DNA of 64,000 nucleotides from Acidobacteriota bacterium. GTDB lineage: Bacteria > Acidobacteriota > UBA890 > WLXD01. The first letter of the stretch is position 1. Each line of letters begins with the position of its first letter. Position numbers and translations under genes: made by a program. The stretch is taken from the NCBI GenBank assembly GCA_965248695.1, contig CBDFKD010000002.1:5024001-5088000 (forward strand). Direction: 5' to 3'. The notes beneath the pieces are model-generated. The model saw nothing but the letters and a program-made list of their open reading frames with translations, searched no databases and had not been told where the DNA came from. Positions 47,583 to 58,348 of this stretch are shown here, piece after piece.

Positions 47583-50234
47583 GTGAGCAACCGTAGCGAC
47601 GACATTCGGCAGAAGTTCATCGATTACTTCGCCGAGCGCGGCCACACGCACGTGTCGAGTAGCAGCCTGGTGCCGGCCGACGACCCGACGTTGCTGTTCA
47701 CCAACGCCGGTATGAACCAGTTCAAGGCTACCTTTCTGGGCGAGTCGAGCCGTCCGTACCAGCGCGCGGTGACGTCACAGAAGTGCATGCGGGTATCCGG
47801 CAAGCACAACGATCTCGAAACCGTCGGCCCGTCGCTGTCTCACCACACCTTCTTCGAGATGCTCGGCAACTTCTCGTTCGGGGACTACTTCAAGGCCGAG
47901 GCGATCGTTATGGCCTGGGAGTTGATGACTGAGCATTTCGCGCTGCCCAAGGAGCGCCTTTGGGCGACCGTGTTCGAGGAAGATGACGAAGCCGAGGAGC
48001 TCTGGCTGCGGGAGACCGACATTCAGCCCGGGCGCGTTCTCCGGCTCGGCAAGGAGGACAACTACTGGTCGATGGGCGACACCGGACCTTGTGGCCCGTG
48101 CTCCGAGCTGCACTACGACTACGAGCTCGATGAGCTGGGTGAGCCAGAGACGCCGGTCGACCTTGACTCCGATCGCTTCGTCGAGCTGTGGAACCTGGTG
48201 TTCATGCAGTTCAACGCCAACGCTGACGGCAGCGTCGAGCCGCTGCCGAATCCCAACATCGATACCGGTGCCGGCCTGGAGAGGCTGACGGCGGTCCTGC
48301 AGGGAACGCGCTCGAACTACGACACCGACCTGTTCCGGCCCATCATCGAGGCCGTCGCCGACAAGGCCGGTTGTGCCTACGGCGATGCCGCGGAGACCGA
48401 TGTGGCGCTGCGGGTGATCGGCGATCACAGCCGCGCGCTGGCGTTTCTGCTCGCCGATGGGGTCATGCCGGCAAACGAGGGGCGCGGTTACGTGCTCAGA
48501 AGGCTGCTGCGGCGCGCCATGCGCTTCGGCATGAAGTTGGGGCTCGATCAGCCGTTCCTGCGTGCCTCCGCCATGACGGTTGTCGACAGGATGGGTGCGA
48601 CCTTTGCCGAGCTGCAGGAGCACCGGGATCTGATCGCGCGCGTCGTGCACAGCGAGGAGGAGCGCTTCTTGCAGACGCTCGCGGCAGGCTCACAGATGTT
48701 CAACGAGCTCGCCGCCGGCCTGAAGGCAGCTTCGGAGTCGACGATCCCGGGTGGCGACGCGTTTCGTCTCTACGACACCTTCGGCCTGCCAATCGAGTTG
48801 ACCCGCGAGTTCGCCACGGCGGAGGGACTGGCCATCGACGAAGCGGGCTTTACCCGCGCGCTCGAGGCACAGCGCGCCCGCGCGCGATCGGCCTGGAAGG
48901 GCGCCGACGATGAGCCGCTGCGCCAGCTGGTACGGAAGCTAACGGTCGACAGCGAGCCGACGGAGTTTCTCGCCTACGCGGCTACCGCCGTCGATTCAGC
49001 GCGTGTCGTTGCGCTGGTGCGCGACGGGGGATCGGTCGACAAGCTCGGTGCCGGCGACAGCGGTGGCCTGCTGGCGGACCGAACGCCTTTTTACGCCGAG
49101 TCGGGCGGGCAGGTGGCCGACGTGGGCGAGGTGTGCTGGGACGCCGGATCCGGGTTGATTACCGACGTCCAGAGGCCCGTGGCGGGCGTCATCGTGCACT
49201 TCGTCGACGTCCAAGAGGGCGAGTTGGCGGTCGAGCAGGAGATCTCCCTTCAGGTCGACGCCGTGCGGCGCCACAGCATCCGACGCAACCACACCGCCAC
49301 CCATCTGTTGCACGCGGCGTTGCGTCGGCAGCTCGGCGAGCACGTGCGGCAGGCGGGCTCGCTGGTGGACGATGGTCGTTTGCGGTTCGATTTCACCCAC
49401 TTCGAATCGCTGGAGGCTGGCCGCCTCGAGAGCCTGGAGGCGGAGGTCAACGCTGCCATTCGGGATGATCTGGCCCTTGACGTCGAGGAGACCGACTACG
49501 ACGACGCCATCGAGCGAGGGGCGCTGGCTTTCTTCGGCGAGAAGTACGGTGATCGGGTGCGGATGGTGAACATACCCGGGGTGTCCACCGAGCTTTGCGG
49601 CGGCACGCACGTCGGCCGCACGGGCGAGATCGGTGGGCTCGCGATCCAGCGCGAAGAGAGCGTTGGAGCCGGAGTTCGACGGATCGAGGCTGTCACCGGC
49701 GATTCGGCCGTGCGTACGCTGCAGCACTATCGCGGTTTGGTGCGCGATGCAGCGGTACGAATGCGAATCCCCGAGGACGCCTTGGTCGACAGCGTTGGCA
49801 AGTTGGTGCAACGCGCCCAGGAGGCCGAGCGCGAGCTCGAGCGCCTGCGCCTGCGCCTGGCCTCGCAGCAGGCCGGAAGCGATGTCGACACTGATGCGGT
49901 CGAAGTCGAAGGCGTGCGCGTCTTGCGGCGCGAAGTCGATGGATTGGACGCGTCGGGAATGCGCAACCTGGTCGACGAGCTCAAGTCGAAGATCGGGTCC
50001 GGCGTGATCGTGCTGGGGATGCGGACGAAGGGGAAGGCGGCGCTGGTGGTGGGTGTCACCGCAGACCTGACCGCCCGCATCGGCGCCGACGCGGTGATCG
50101 GCGCGGTGGCGCCAATTATCGGGGGTGGTGGCGGCGGGCACCGTGAGCTGGCGCAAGCAGGCGGTCCCGAAGCAGGAAAAGTCACTGAAGCACTAGAGAG
50201 GGCTCCGGAACTGATTGCTGAACTGCTACAGTAA
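47583..50234 (+). CDS. alaS: Alanine--tRNA ligase
   Basis: DPTLLFTNAGMNQFK, HHTFFEMLGNFSFGDYFK, NHTATHLLH, ELCGGTH. Confidence 0.98.
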   Translation: MSNRSDDIRQKFIDYFAERGHTHVSSSSLVPADDPTLLFTNAGMNQFKATFLGESSRPYQRAVTSQKCMRVSGKHNDLETVGPSLSHHTFFEMLGNFSFGDYFKAEAIVMAWELMTEHFALPKERLWATVFEEDDEAEELWLRETDIQPGRVLRLGKEDNYWSMGDTGPCGPCSELHYDYELDELGEPETPVDLDSDRFVELWNLVFMQFNANADGSVEPLPNPNIDTGAGLERLTAVLQGTRSNYDTDLFRPIIEAVADKAGCAYGDAAETDVALRVIGDHSRALAFLLADGVMPANEGRGYVLRRLLRRAMRFGMKLGLDQPFLRASAMTVVDRMGATFAELQEHRDLIARVVHSEEERFLQTLAAGSQMFNELAAGLKAASESTIPGGDAFRLYDTFGLPIELTREFATAEGLAIDEAGFTRALEAQRARARSAWKGADDEPLRQLVRKLTVDSEPTEFLAYAATAVDSARVVALVRDGGSVDKLGAGDSGGLLADRTPFYAESGGQVADVGEVCWDAGSGLITDVQRPVAGVIVHFVDVQEGELAVEQEISLQVDAVRRHSIRRNHTATHLLHAALRRQLGEHVRQAGSLVDDGRLRFDFTHFESLEAGRLESLEAEVNAAIRDDLALDVEETDYDDAIERGALAFFGEKYGDRVRMVNIPGVSTELCGGTHVGRTGEIGGLAIQREESVGAGVRRIEAVTGDSAVRTLQHYRGLVRDAAVRMRIPEDALVDSVGKLVQRAQEAERELERLRLRLASQQAGSDVDTDAVEVEGVRVLRREVDGLDASGMRNLVDELKSKIGSGVIVLGMRTKGKAALVVGVTADLTARIGADAVIGAVAPIIGGGGGGHRELAQAGGPEAGKVTEALERAPELIAELLQ

Positions 50235-50330
50235 AGTGTCTGGATCGCACGCGCCGTTGACTGTTTGCGGAACGCGAGCGATGGAGTACGGGGTCTGCGC
50301 TACCGCTTGGGGGCAAGCAGGAGGGCTGTC

Positions 50331-50948
50331 ATGGCCGTTGCGCGGCGGCATGGCGTATTCAAGGCTGGGCTGGTAGGGGCCACGGTGCTCGTGCTGGTGC
50401 TGTTCGATGCGTCCCCGGCGAGCGCCCAGATCTGGGTGGTAACCGATCCTGACGGCTCGCAGCGCTTCACCAGTTCGCCGGAACCCGGAGCAGAGCTCTT
50501 CATGCGCACCCTCCACGGACTCCGTGCGCGGCGAGCGCGGAGCGTGGCGTCGGTGGCGCCGCGCTACCAGGACGAGATCGCGCGCGCGTCGGAGCGCACC
50601 GGGCTGGCTCCGGAGTTGATCACCGCCGTGATTGCAGCGGAATCCAATTTCAACCCCAACGCCGTGTCATCAAAGGGGGCGCAGGGACTGATGCAGCTGA
50701 TGCCGGCGACCGCGGCTTCGCTGGGCGTACGCGACGTGTGGGATCCGCGCCAGAATATTCGCGGCGGATCCGATCACCTGGCGCGGCTGTACGCCAAGTA
50801 CGACGATTTGAGCCTCGCGCTGGCTGCGTACAATGCTGGAGAGGGACGCGTGACGCAGTACGGAGGAGTTCCGCCGTTCCGTGAAACGCGAACCTATGTT
50901 CGGCGTGTTCTGAGTTACTACGAGCGCTATCGGGGAAGTGCACCGTAG
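50331..50948 (+). CDS. Lytic transglycosylase (SLT domain)
   Basis: AESNFNPNAVSSKGAQGLMQLMP, LAAYNAG, ETRTYV. Confidence 0.92.
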   Translation: MAVARRHGVFKAGLVGATVLVLVLFDASPASAQIWVVTDPDGSQRFTSSPEPGAELFMRTLHGLRARRARSVASVAPRYQDEIARASERTGLAPELITAVIAAESNFNPNAVSSKGAQGLMQLMPATAASLGVRDVWDPRQNIRGGSDHLARLYAKYDDLSLALAAYNAGEGRVTQYGGVPPFRETRTYVRRVLSYYERYRGSAP

Positions 50949-51128
50949 GTTTTCGCCCTGGAGCTATGTTTCTCTGGTTAAGACTGGCTACCAGTAGCTA
51001 GTCAAGGGACATTCGGGGCCCTGTTGCAGTAAGAGCGCTTTTCGTCATATACTTGACGTGATTGCTGATCACTGGGGCGGAAGTCAGGGAGAGGCTGCGT
51101 AAAGGGTGGCATGGCTCGGAGTTTTGCC

Positions 51129-52973
51129 ATGGCCATCAAGCGGACCCTGTTCTGTGTTGTCATAGGTTTGCTTGGGATCGCCCTTACGGCGAGCCCGAGC
51201 ATCGGCGAGGGAGTCGAAGCCGGCGGGCTGTTCGAACGCGCTGAGACTCTCTACCGACAGCTGCGCACCGTCGACCCGGAATGCGCCGACGACGCCTCCT
51301 GGAACCGTCTGCTGTCGGCCTTCGGCCGCATCCCGGTAGAATTTCCGGCTAACCCGCTGGCCGGCGATGCTCTCTGGCGCATCGGCGACATCCACTCACG
51401 GCGAATCGCCGCCGGCGATGCGGATGCCGCAATTGCCGCACATGCGGCCTACGACTCGCTGACTAGACGCTACCCGAGCAACGTCTACGCGCCCGAGGCA
51501 TACCTGCGTATGGGCGACCTGGCCCGTCCGGCAGAGGCGTCGGGATACTACTTCCGCTTGCTGGAGATCTACCCGGGTACGCCGCAAGCCGAGGAGGCGA
51601 GTCGGCGGATCACCGGACGCGGCACGCCATCGGCGACCGCGACCGTGGTCGCGGACAGCTCGCTTGCGAGCCCAGCCGCTCCCGAGCCGTTCAACGAGCC
51701 TACGTCAACCGTCGAGAAACAGCCGCCCGTCGAGGAGCTGGAGGCGATGCCCACCCCCGCCTCCGGTCCCTCGGCAGGGCGCGTTCCGTCGACACCCGTC
51801 ATGCCCGTGGCCGCGCCAGTCGAAATGAGCGGTACGCCCGAGACATTCGAGGCCACCGAGGCGGCGGAATCGGCCTCCCCACCGGCGATCACGGGTCGCG
51901 TGCTGAGCGTGCGCCATTTCTCCGATCGCAAACATACTCGCGTTGTCTTCGATCTAGACAACCCGGTCGACCACCGGGTTGGTGAGGCGCTATCCCCGCC
52001 GCGGGTGTTCATCGACTTGATCGGTGCCGATCTGGCGCGCAACCTACCGCGCAACCTGGCCGTCAATGGCGCCGGTGTGAGACAGATCCGCATGGCCGTC
52101 AACCGTCCGGGCGTCGTCCGCGCCGTCCTTGATCTGACCGGGTCACCGAAGTACAGCGTCTTCACGCTCGCGAGCCCACCGCGACTGGTTCTGGATGTTC
52201 CCAGCGCCTCCATGGCGAAGCAGCTCAACAGCGCCCGCAGACCAGATCCGCCGGCGGGCGGCTCCGAGGCACGTCAGTTGGGCTTCGGCGTGCGGCGTAT
52301 CGTCATCGACCCTGGTCACGGTGGTACGGCACCCGGGGCCATTGGCCGGTCCGGCGCGACGGAGAAGGATCTCACGCTCGACATTTCACGCCGCGTGGCA
52401 GGCAACCTGCGCAGCAGCAACTACGAGGTCATGCTGACGCGGGCCGATGACACTACGGTCGATCTGGAAGACAGGGCGGACTTTGCCACCGACAGCGGCG
52501 CCGATCTGTTCGTATCCATCCACGTGAACTCGAGCACGAACCGCAAGCTATCGGGCTTCGAGACCTACTACCTCGACCTGGCCACGGACCCGACGGCGGC
52601 CGAGACCGCCGCGCGGGAGAACTCCGGTGCCCGAGGTGGGGTCGGTGGCCTCAACGAAGTGCTCGACGAGATCGTCAGGAACGCCAACAAGCGCGAGTCA
52701 CGTGATCTCGCCAAGTCGATCCAGGACAGCCTGGTCATGCAGATGAGCAAAGAATACGGCGACGTCCGCGACCTGGGCGTCAAGCACGCCCCGTTCGTCG
52801 TGTTGGTCGGCGCCGAGATGCCAGCGGTGCTGATAGAAGTGTCGTTCCTCAGTAATCCGACCGAAGAGACGAGGCTGAACGAGGACGCTTACCGGCAACA
52901 GGTTGCCGACGCGATCCATATCGGCATCGAGAACTTCGTCGAGCAACGGCGCATGGTCACGACGGCCGAGTGA
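51129..52973 (+). CDS. N-acetylmuramoyl-L-alanine amidase (TPR-AMIN-Amidase_3)
   Basis: N-terminal TPR-like helices, Pro/Ala linker, AMIN repeats, IDPGHGG, EKD, SIHVN, LIEVSF. Confidence 0.92.
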   Translation: MAIKRTLFCVVIGLLGIALTASPSIGEGVEAGGLFERAETLYRQLRTVDPECADDASWNRLLSAFGRIPVEFPANPLAGDALWRIGDIHSRRIAAGDADAAIAAHAAYDSLTRRYPSNVYAPEAYLRMGDLARPAEASGYYFRLLEIYPGTPQAEEASRRITGRGTPSATATVVADSSLASPAAPEPFNEPTSTVEKQPPVEELEAMPTPASGPSAGRVPSTPVMPVAAPVEMSGTPETFEATEAAESASPPAITGRVLSVRHFSDRKHTRVVFDLDNPVDHRVGEALSPPRVFIDLIGADLARNLPRNLAVNGAGVRQIRMAVNRPGVVRAVLDLTGSPKYSVFTLASPPRLVLDVPSASMAKQLNSARRPDPPAGGSEARQLGFGVRRIVIDPGHGGTAPGAIGRSGATEKDLTLDISRRVAGNLRSSNYEVMLTRADDTTVDLEDRADFATDSGADLFVSIHVNSSTNRKLSGFETYYLDLATDPTAAETAARENSGARGGVGGLNEVLDEIVRNANKRESRDLAKSIQDSLVMQMSKEYGDVRDLGVKHAPFVVLVGAEMPAVLIEVSFLSNPTEETRLNEDAYRQQVADAIHIGIENFVEQRRMVTTAE

Positions 52974-53340
52974 TCACGGGTCGATACGTGGCGCTGAACC
53001 CGACGGCTTCGCCGACGGTCAGCTCGACCAGCCCGTTGTCGGGCAGCTCGCTGGCGACCAAATGCGCCAGATGCCTGGCGACCTCTTCGGCCGTCGGATT
53101 GAGGACGTCGAACGGTGGCAGCTCGTTGATGCACCGGCCGCGATGCCGTCGGGTCCACTCGCCGATCACCGCCCGTGCCTGTTGCGCGCTGGCCAGCGGA
53201 TCTCCGGTGGGTTCGAGCAACGCCGACACACGCCAGTGGTGAACGTGGATCGGTTCGCGGGTGCCGGCTGCGTCGATCCGAATGCGATGCGCGGCCGGGA
53301 AACTGGCCCGAACTCGGATTCGGATGATCGTGGCGTGCAT
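52957..53340 (-). CDS. QueD/6-pyruvoyl-tetrahydropterin synthase family protein
   Basis: FPAAH, IHVHHWRV, INELPPF, NPTAEE, VGE. Confidence 0.75.
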   Translation of the reverse strand: MHATIIRIRVRASFPAAHRIRIDAAGTREPIHVHHWRVSALLEPTGDPLASAQQARAVIGEWTRRHRGRCINELPPFDVLNPTAEEVARHLAHLVASELPDNGLVELTVGEAVGFSATYRPVITRPS

Positions 53341-53412
53341 GCGCTTCCATTTTATTCGCGGCGTCTGGCCGGCTAGAATCGGTAACCCAACTCGCCACCG
53401 GACGGATTCACG

Positions 53413-54009
53413 ATGAGCATCGATTCCAAGTCCTCGGAAACACTGTCGTCAGCGGGCGCCGCGCCGGTCAACATGTTGTGGACGTTGCCCAATGCGCTCA
53501 CCCTCCTCAGGATCTTCCTGGTCCCGCTATTGGTGGCGTTCCTGTTGACCCGTTACGCGTGGACCGGACTTGCCGTATTCCTCGCGGCATCGTTCACCGA
53601 TTGGTTGGATGGGCACCTGGCCCGCAAACATAAACAGGTGACGACGCTCGGGCAACTGCTCGACCCGGTGGCCGACAAGCTACTGATCTCGGCGGCCTTC
53701 GTCTCTCTCGTCCAGATCGGTCTGGCTCCCGCGTGGATGGTGGTGGTCATCATTGGGCGCGAGTTGGCGGTCACGGGTTTGAGGGCGGTCGCGGCGGCGC
53801 GCAACATCATCATTCCAGCCGGTAGGCTCGGCAAGTACAAGCTCGGCGCTCAGGTCGTGGCCGTATCCATCCTGATCCTGCGGGCGCGCTTCGACGGCCT
53901 CGAGGTAGCGGGCCAGATCGCCCTGTGGGTGGTGGTTGCCTTGGCGGCGGCGTCGGCGGCGCAGTACTTCATCGGCTTCTGGAACCGCGTTGGAATTCCG
54001 GAGTCTTGA
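53413..54009 (+). CDS. pgsA: CDP-diacylglycerol--glycerol-3-phosphate 3-phosphatidyltransferase
   Basis: LPNALTLLRI, TDWLDGHLARK, LGQLLDPVADK, RELAVTGLR. Confidence 0.93.
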   Translation: MSIDSKSSETLSSAGAAPVNMLWTLPNALTLLRIFLVPLLVAFLLTRYAWTGLAVFLAASFTDWLDGHLARKHKQVTTLGQLLDPVADKLLISAAFVSLVQIGLAPAWMVVVIIGRELAVTGLRAVAAARNIIIPAGRLGKYKLGAQVVAVSILILRARFDGLEVAGQIALWVVVALAAASAAQYFIGFWNRVGIPES

Positions 54010-54034
54010 GAATGGCCCAGCGGCCGCCGCGAGC

Positions 54035-55063
54035 TCATGATCGTACGAGCGATTCGCCTGGCGACGGATCCTGCCCGAGCGCGGTGAGCAAGCGACGCGA
54101 TAGCGTGGAAGCCATTTCGTCGTAGCCTCCTTCAGGAACCGGGACCTGCCCGCCCGCCATGGTGCCGTGGCCTCCCGCAGTACCGAGGCCGGCCACGATG
54201 CGTCGAATGAATCGGCCGGCGTGGGCGAAGGGATCCGTCGTTCGGAGTGAGACGACGAGATCGTTGCGATGCTGTCCCATGCAGCAAGACCACTCGGTAC
54301 CCTGAAGCCGCAAGAGGAAGTCGGCGATCTCGGCGACGATGTCCGGCGTCGCTACGGCCTGCAGGTCGGTCATCACCACCTTGTCGTAGATCACCGCGCG
54401 TTCGATGGCCTGATGAAATGCGCTGAAGTACTCGCGCGGCACCCGAGCGCGTTGTATTCGGGCCACCGAAGCCATGTCGGCCTGTTCCAGCAGGCGAAAG
54501 TAGGCAGCCCTGTCGGCGTCACCGGCCTCACGACCCAGATCGAGCGTCTCTGACCGAATTGCGTAGAACAGCGCGGTGGCGAGATCGGTGGGCAACTCCA
54601 GATCCGCAGCGTCGAGGTACTCGAGCATCATCGTCGCGGTCGCCCCGTATTGCTGACGTATGTCGGCAAAGGGCACTGTGTCGAGGTCGAACTTCAACGG
54701 GTGGTGGTCGAAGACTGCAACCAGCGGCCACCCCTCTACCCACGAGTTGTTGCCGGTGCCGGGCTGAGTGTCGACCAGGGCAACCGCCGAGACCTGGCTC
54801 AGGTCGAGCGTCGACAACGGTTCCGGGGCGAGGTTGAGGACCTGAACCATTGCACGGTTTTCTGCTCGGCCGATGAGGCCGGAGAACGCCACTCGCGCCT
54901 CCGTATCGCAGTGACCTTCGAGAAGGAGGCGCAGAGCGAAGGCGCTGGCGAGGGCGTCTGGGTCCAGGTTGTCGTGCGTCAGGATCACCGCAGAGGAGGC
55001 GTCGCGAAAAACCTCTTGCAGCTGGCCGATCTTGGCACCGAGTGGCGACGGCGCCGGCTTCAC
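54035..55063 (-). CDS. DHH-family phosphoesterase
   Basis: THDNLDPDA, LVD, FDHH, AGGH; GTG start overlaps the pepA stop. Confidence 0.9.
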   Translation of the reverse strand: MKPAPSPLGAKIGQLQEVFRDASSAVILTHDNLDPDALASAFALRLLLEGHCDTEARVAFSGLIGRAENRAMVQVLNLAPEPLSTLDLSQVSAVALVDTQPGTGNNSWVEGWPLVAVFDHHPLKFDLDTVPFADIRQQYGATATMMLEYLDAADLELPTDLATALFYAIRSETLDLGREAGDADRAAYFRLLEQADMASVARIQRARVPREYFSAFHQAIERAVIYDKVVMTDLQAVATPDIVAEIADFLLRLQGTEWSCCMGQHRNDLVVSLRTTDPFAHAGRFIRRIVAGLGTAGGHGTMAGGQVPVPEGGYDEMASTLSRRLLTALGQDPSPGESLVRS

Positions 55064-56547
55064 GCCTGTGCCCGGTGCCGCAGCCAGCTCACCAGCAGCC
55101 GTACCCCGAAGCCCGCACCACCGCGAGGTACGTACGGTGTCGGCTTTGTGCGATAGGCGGGGCCGGCGATGTCCAGATGGGCCCACGGTCGGTCGTCCAC
55201 GAAGCGCTCGAGAAACTTGGCGGCGGTGATCGCGCCGGCCCATCGGGCGCCGCTATTCTTGATGTCGGCGATCTTGCTGTCGATCATCTTGGCGTAGTGC
55301 GGAAACATCGGCAGGCGCCAAAGCGGTTCACCGACGCGCTCTCCGGCGGCGGTGAGCTCCGCCGCGAGATCGGCGTTGTTGTCCATCAGGCCGGCGACGT
55401 CCTCGCCCAGCGCCACGACACAGGCGCCGGTCAACGTCGCGAGATCGACGACACAGCGAGGATCGAAGCGTTCGCAGGCGTACGCTAGCGAATCAGCCAG
55501 GATCAGACGACCTTCCGCGTCAGTGTTGATCACCTCGATGGTCGTACCGCCGTAGGCCCGGATCAGGTCGCCCGGTCGGTAGCTATCGCCACCGGGCATG
55601 TTCTCCGCCATCGGTACGACGCCAATGACGCGCAGAGGCAGCTCGAGCTCGGCGACGGCACGCAAGGCGCCGAGCGTGGCTGCTGCCCCCGACATGTCCG
55701 ATTTCATCTCGTCCATCGAGGTGGCTGGCTTCAGCGAGATACCGCCAGTATCGAAGGTGACCCCCTTGCCGACGATAACGATGGGGTCGGCATCCGGGTC
55801 GGCTCCGGCGTGTTCGAGGATGACGACACGAGGCTCGACTGAGGATCCACGCGCCACCGCCAGAAGCGCATTCATGCCCAGGTCGCGTGCGGAGGCCTCG
55901 TCGATTACCTCGCAGCGGAGGCCCGTGTCGCTCGCCATCTCCTGTGCCCGCTTCGCGAGGGCCGGCGGGCGCTTGTCGCTCGGCGAGGTGTTGATCAGGT
56001 CGCGAGCCCAGTAAGTCGCCCGCGCGACTGTCGCGGCGATGGCGACTTCTTCCTCGGCATCTTCAGCAACACCGACGACTCGAACCTCGTCGATGCTCAC
56101 CTCGTCGTCCGCGGGCTGCTTGAACTCGGCGAATCGATACTCGCCCAGCAGCACCGCCTCGGCAGCGGCCGCTGCGGTGATCTTGTCAGGAGCCACCTCC
56201 GGACGCACTGCCACGGCCAGCCGGCGGGCACCGTGTCGGCGAGCTGCTGCGGCGCCTCGCGCCACGGCGCGCCGCCAGGATTCGAGGTCCACGTCGCTCG
56301 CGGCTCCGAGACCTACAAGAATGATCTCGTTCAGGCCGTCTCCGGCGGGCATTGGAAGGTGGAAACACCGACCGGCCTTGCCATTGAACGCCGGGCCGCT
56401 CAGCGCCGCGGCGATGCGGCCGTCCAGAGCCTCATCCAGTGAGTTCCAGGGCGCCACGTCCGAGGACTTGGGATAGGCGAGTATCAGGGCGTCAGCGTCG
56501 ACCTCGGTCGAGGCGGGACCGCCTACACGGATATTGATCTCGGTCAT
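55060..56547 (-). CDS. pepA: Leucyl aminopeptidase (M17)
   Basis: VGKGVTFDTGG, MKSDM, NTDAEGRL, ATLTG, HLDIAG. Confidence 0.96.
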   Translation of the reverse strand: MTEINIRVGGPASTEVDADALILAYPKSSDVAPWNSLDEALDGRIAAALSGPAFNGKAGRCFHLPMPAGDGLNEIILVGLGAASDVDLESWRRAVARGAAAARRHGARRLAVAVRPEVAPDKITAAAAAEAVLLGEYRFAEFKQPADDEVSIDEVRVVGVAEDAEEEVAIAATVARATYWARDLINTSPSDKRPPALAKRAQEMASDTGLRCEVIDEASARDLGMNALLAVARGSSVEPRVVILEHAGADPDADPIVIVGKGVTFDTGGISLKPATSMDEMKSDMSGAAATLGALRAVAELELPLRVIGVVPMAENMPGGDSYRPGDLIRAYGGTTIEVINTDAEGRLILADSLAYACERFDPRCVVDLATLTGACVVALGEDVAGLMDNNADLAAELTAAGERVGEPLWRLPMFPHYAKMIDSKIADIKNSGARWAGAITAAKFLERFVDDRPWAHLDIAGPAYRTKPTPYVPRGGAGFGVRLLVSWLRHRAQA

Positions 56548-56655
56548 CGAGTTGGCTCCGACAAGGGGAGACTAGCTGGCCTGCTGGGGCATCGGTGACG
56601 AGGCGCAACCCCGATATCGCCACCAGGATACGCAACGCTCATCTGTTACAGGCCA

Positions 56656-57213
56656 CTAGATGCGGGGTGCTGTGATCCCGGTCTGCGCCTGATACTTGCC
56701 ACTACGGTCAGCATACGAGGTCTCACAAGCCGGGCTGCCCTCGAAGAACAGCAACTGCGCGATGCCCTCGTTGGCATAAATGCGCGCTGGCAGAGGGGTC
56801 GTATTGGAGATCTCCAGCGTCACGTGACCTTCCCACTCCGGTTCCAGCGGAGTGACGTTGGTGATGATGCCGCAGCGCGCGTATGTCGACTTTCCGACGC
56901 AAACCACCAGGACTTCGCGCGGTATGCGGAAGTACTCGAGCGACCGGGCGAGGGCGAACGAGTTGGGCGGGATGATGCACTCTGGCCCGCTGTACTCGAC
57001 CACCATCGAGTTGACGTCGAAGGACTTGGGATCGACGACCGTGCTGCGCACGTTCGTGAAGATCTGGAACTCCTCGGCGATGCGCAGGTCGTACCCGTAC
57101 GACGATACGCCGTAGGAAATGATTCCATCGGAGACCTGGGTTTCCTCGAACGGCTCGATCATGCGCTGCTCGACCGCCATCTTCCGGATCCACGTATCAG
57201 GCTTGATGCCCAT
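56656..57213 (-). CDS. dcd: dCTP deaminase
   Basis: [34 protein letters not shown]. Confidence 0.97.
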   Translation of the reverse strand: MGIKPDTWIRKMAVEQRMIEPFEETQVSDGIISYGVSSYGYDLRIAEEFQIFTNVRSTVVDPKSFDVNSMVVEYSGPECIIPPNSFALARSLEYFRIPREVLVVCVGKSTYARCGIITNVTPLEPEWEGHVTLEISNTTPLPARIYANEGIAQLLFFEGSPACETSYADRSGKYQAQTGITAPRI

Positions 57214-57285
57214 TCATTGACTCCTAGCAGGCCCTGAAGAAAGCGCGGAAAACGGTTCGGGGCGCCATGGTTACGTTACGGTCTG

Positions 57286-58143
57286 TCAAACGGCCGTACG
57301 GCGTTGCTCGGCTCGGCCGCGCAAGCGTTCGCTCCATTGGATGGGAACCCTGTGCTGCCCCAGCTGCGCATCCCCACGGCCCGGACCGTGAAAGTCGGAT
57401 CCCCCGGAGGGTAGCAAACCCAGGCGCTCGCATGATTCCAGCAAGCTGCGCTCGCGCCGCTCGGGGTGTCGCGGATGACGTACCTCGATGCCGTCGAGCC
57501 CGAGGTTGGCGAGCTCCCCGAGGAGTTTTTCGCGCACCCGGCTGCTTCCGGGATGGGCCACGACCGCGACGCCACCGGCACCGTGAATCGTCGAGATGAC
57601 TTCGGCGGCATCGGCTGATCGCTTTGCTACGAAAGCCGGCCGGCCGATGCCCAGATACCGATCGAAGGCCTCTTGTGAAGCAGCGACGGTGCCGACTCGC
57701 ACCAGAGCGGCCGCCACATGCGGACGTCCGATCGGTGCTCCCGACGCCATGTCGGCGACGGCTGCCATATTTATCGGGATTCCGAGCTTGTGAAGTCGCG
57801 CGACCATGATCTCGGCACGTTCGTCGCGGTACGCGCGCTGGCGTGCCGTCAGCTCCCCGAGCTCCGGCGTCGTCGCATCGATGAACAAGCCGAGAATGTG
57901 GATTTCACGTCCCCCTGCCTGGCTCGAAAGCTCGACTCCCGGGATCACTTCCAGGTTCGCGCGTGCAGCCAAGCAACTGGCAGCGTGCTGCGCCCGGGCA
58001 ACGCCATCGACGGTGTCGTGGTCGGTGACGGCGACGGCGGCGAGCCCGGCGTTGACGGCCGCCGCCACCAGCTCCTCAGGAGTCAGCACACCGTCTGAGC
58101 AGGTCGTGTGCGCGTGCAGATCGACCGTGTGTTCACCAGACAT
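57286..58143 (-). CDS. PHP-domain phosphoesterase
   Basis: DLHAHTTCSDG, TDHD, GVE, HILG, AHP, GGSDFHG. Confidence 0.92.
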   Translation of the reverse strand: MSGEHTVDLHAHTTCSDGVLTPEELVAAAVNAGLAAVAVTDHDTVDGVARAQHAASCLAARANLEVIPGVELSSQAGGREIHILGLFIDATTPELGELTARQRAYRDERAEIMVARLHKLGIPINMAAVADMASGAPIGRPHVAAALVRVGTVAASQEAFDRYLGIGRPAFVAKRSADAAEVISTIHGAGGVAVVAHPGSSRVREKLLGELANLGLDGIEVRHPRHPERRERSLLESCERLGLLPSGGSDFHGPGRGDAQLGQHRVPIQWSERLRGRAEQRRTAV

Positions 58144-58348
58144 ACGTGTCCCATGGGAGTCGGCGCCCCATCCCGTCAAGCCACCGCTGGCGAGTGTCCA
58201 GGAGGCCGGAGCCGCGGTCAAGCCGCCGAATCGCCTCGGCCGTTGCCGGCTATACTTGTGGATAACGATCGAGCAGGGCATACGATGCACCCTCATTTCA
58301 TCCGGGTCGTCGTCGCCGCTCGTTCATCTTCCGACAACGGGCGTTGCG

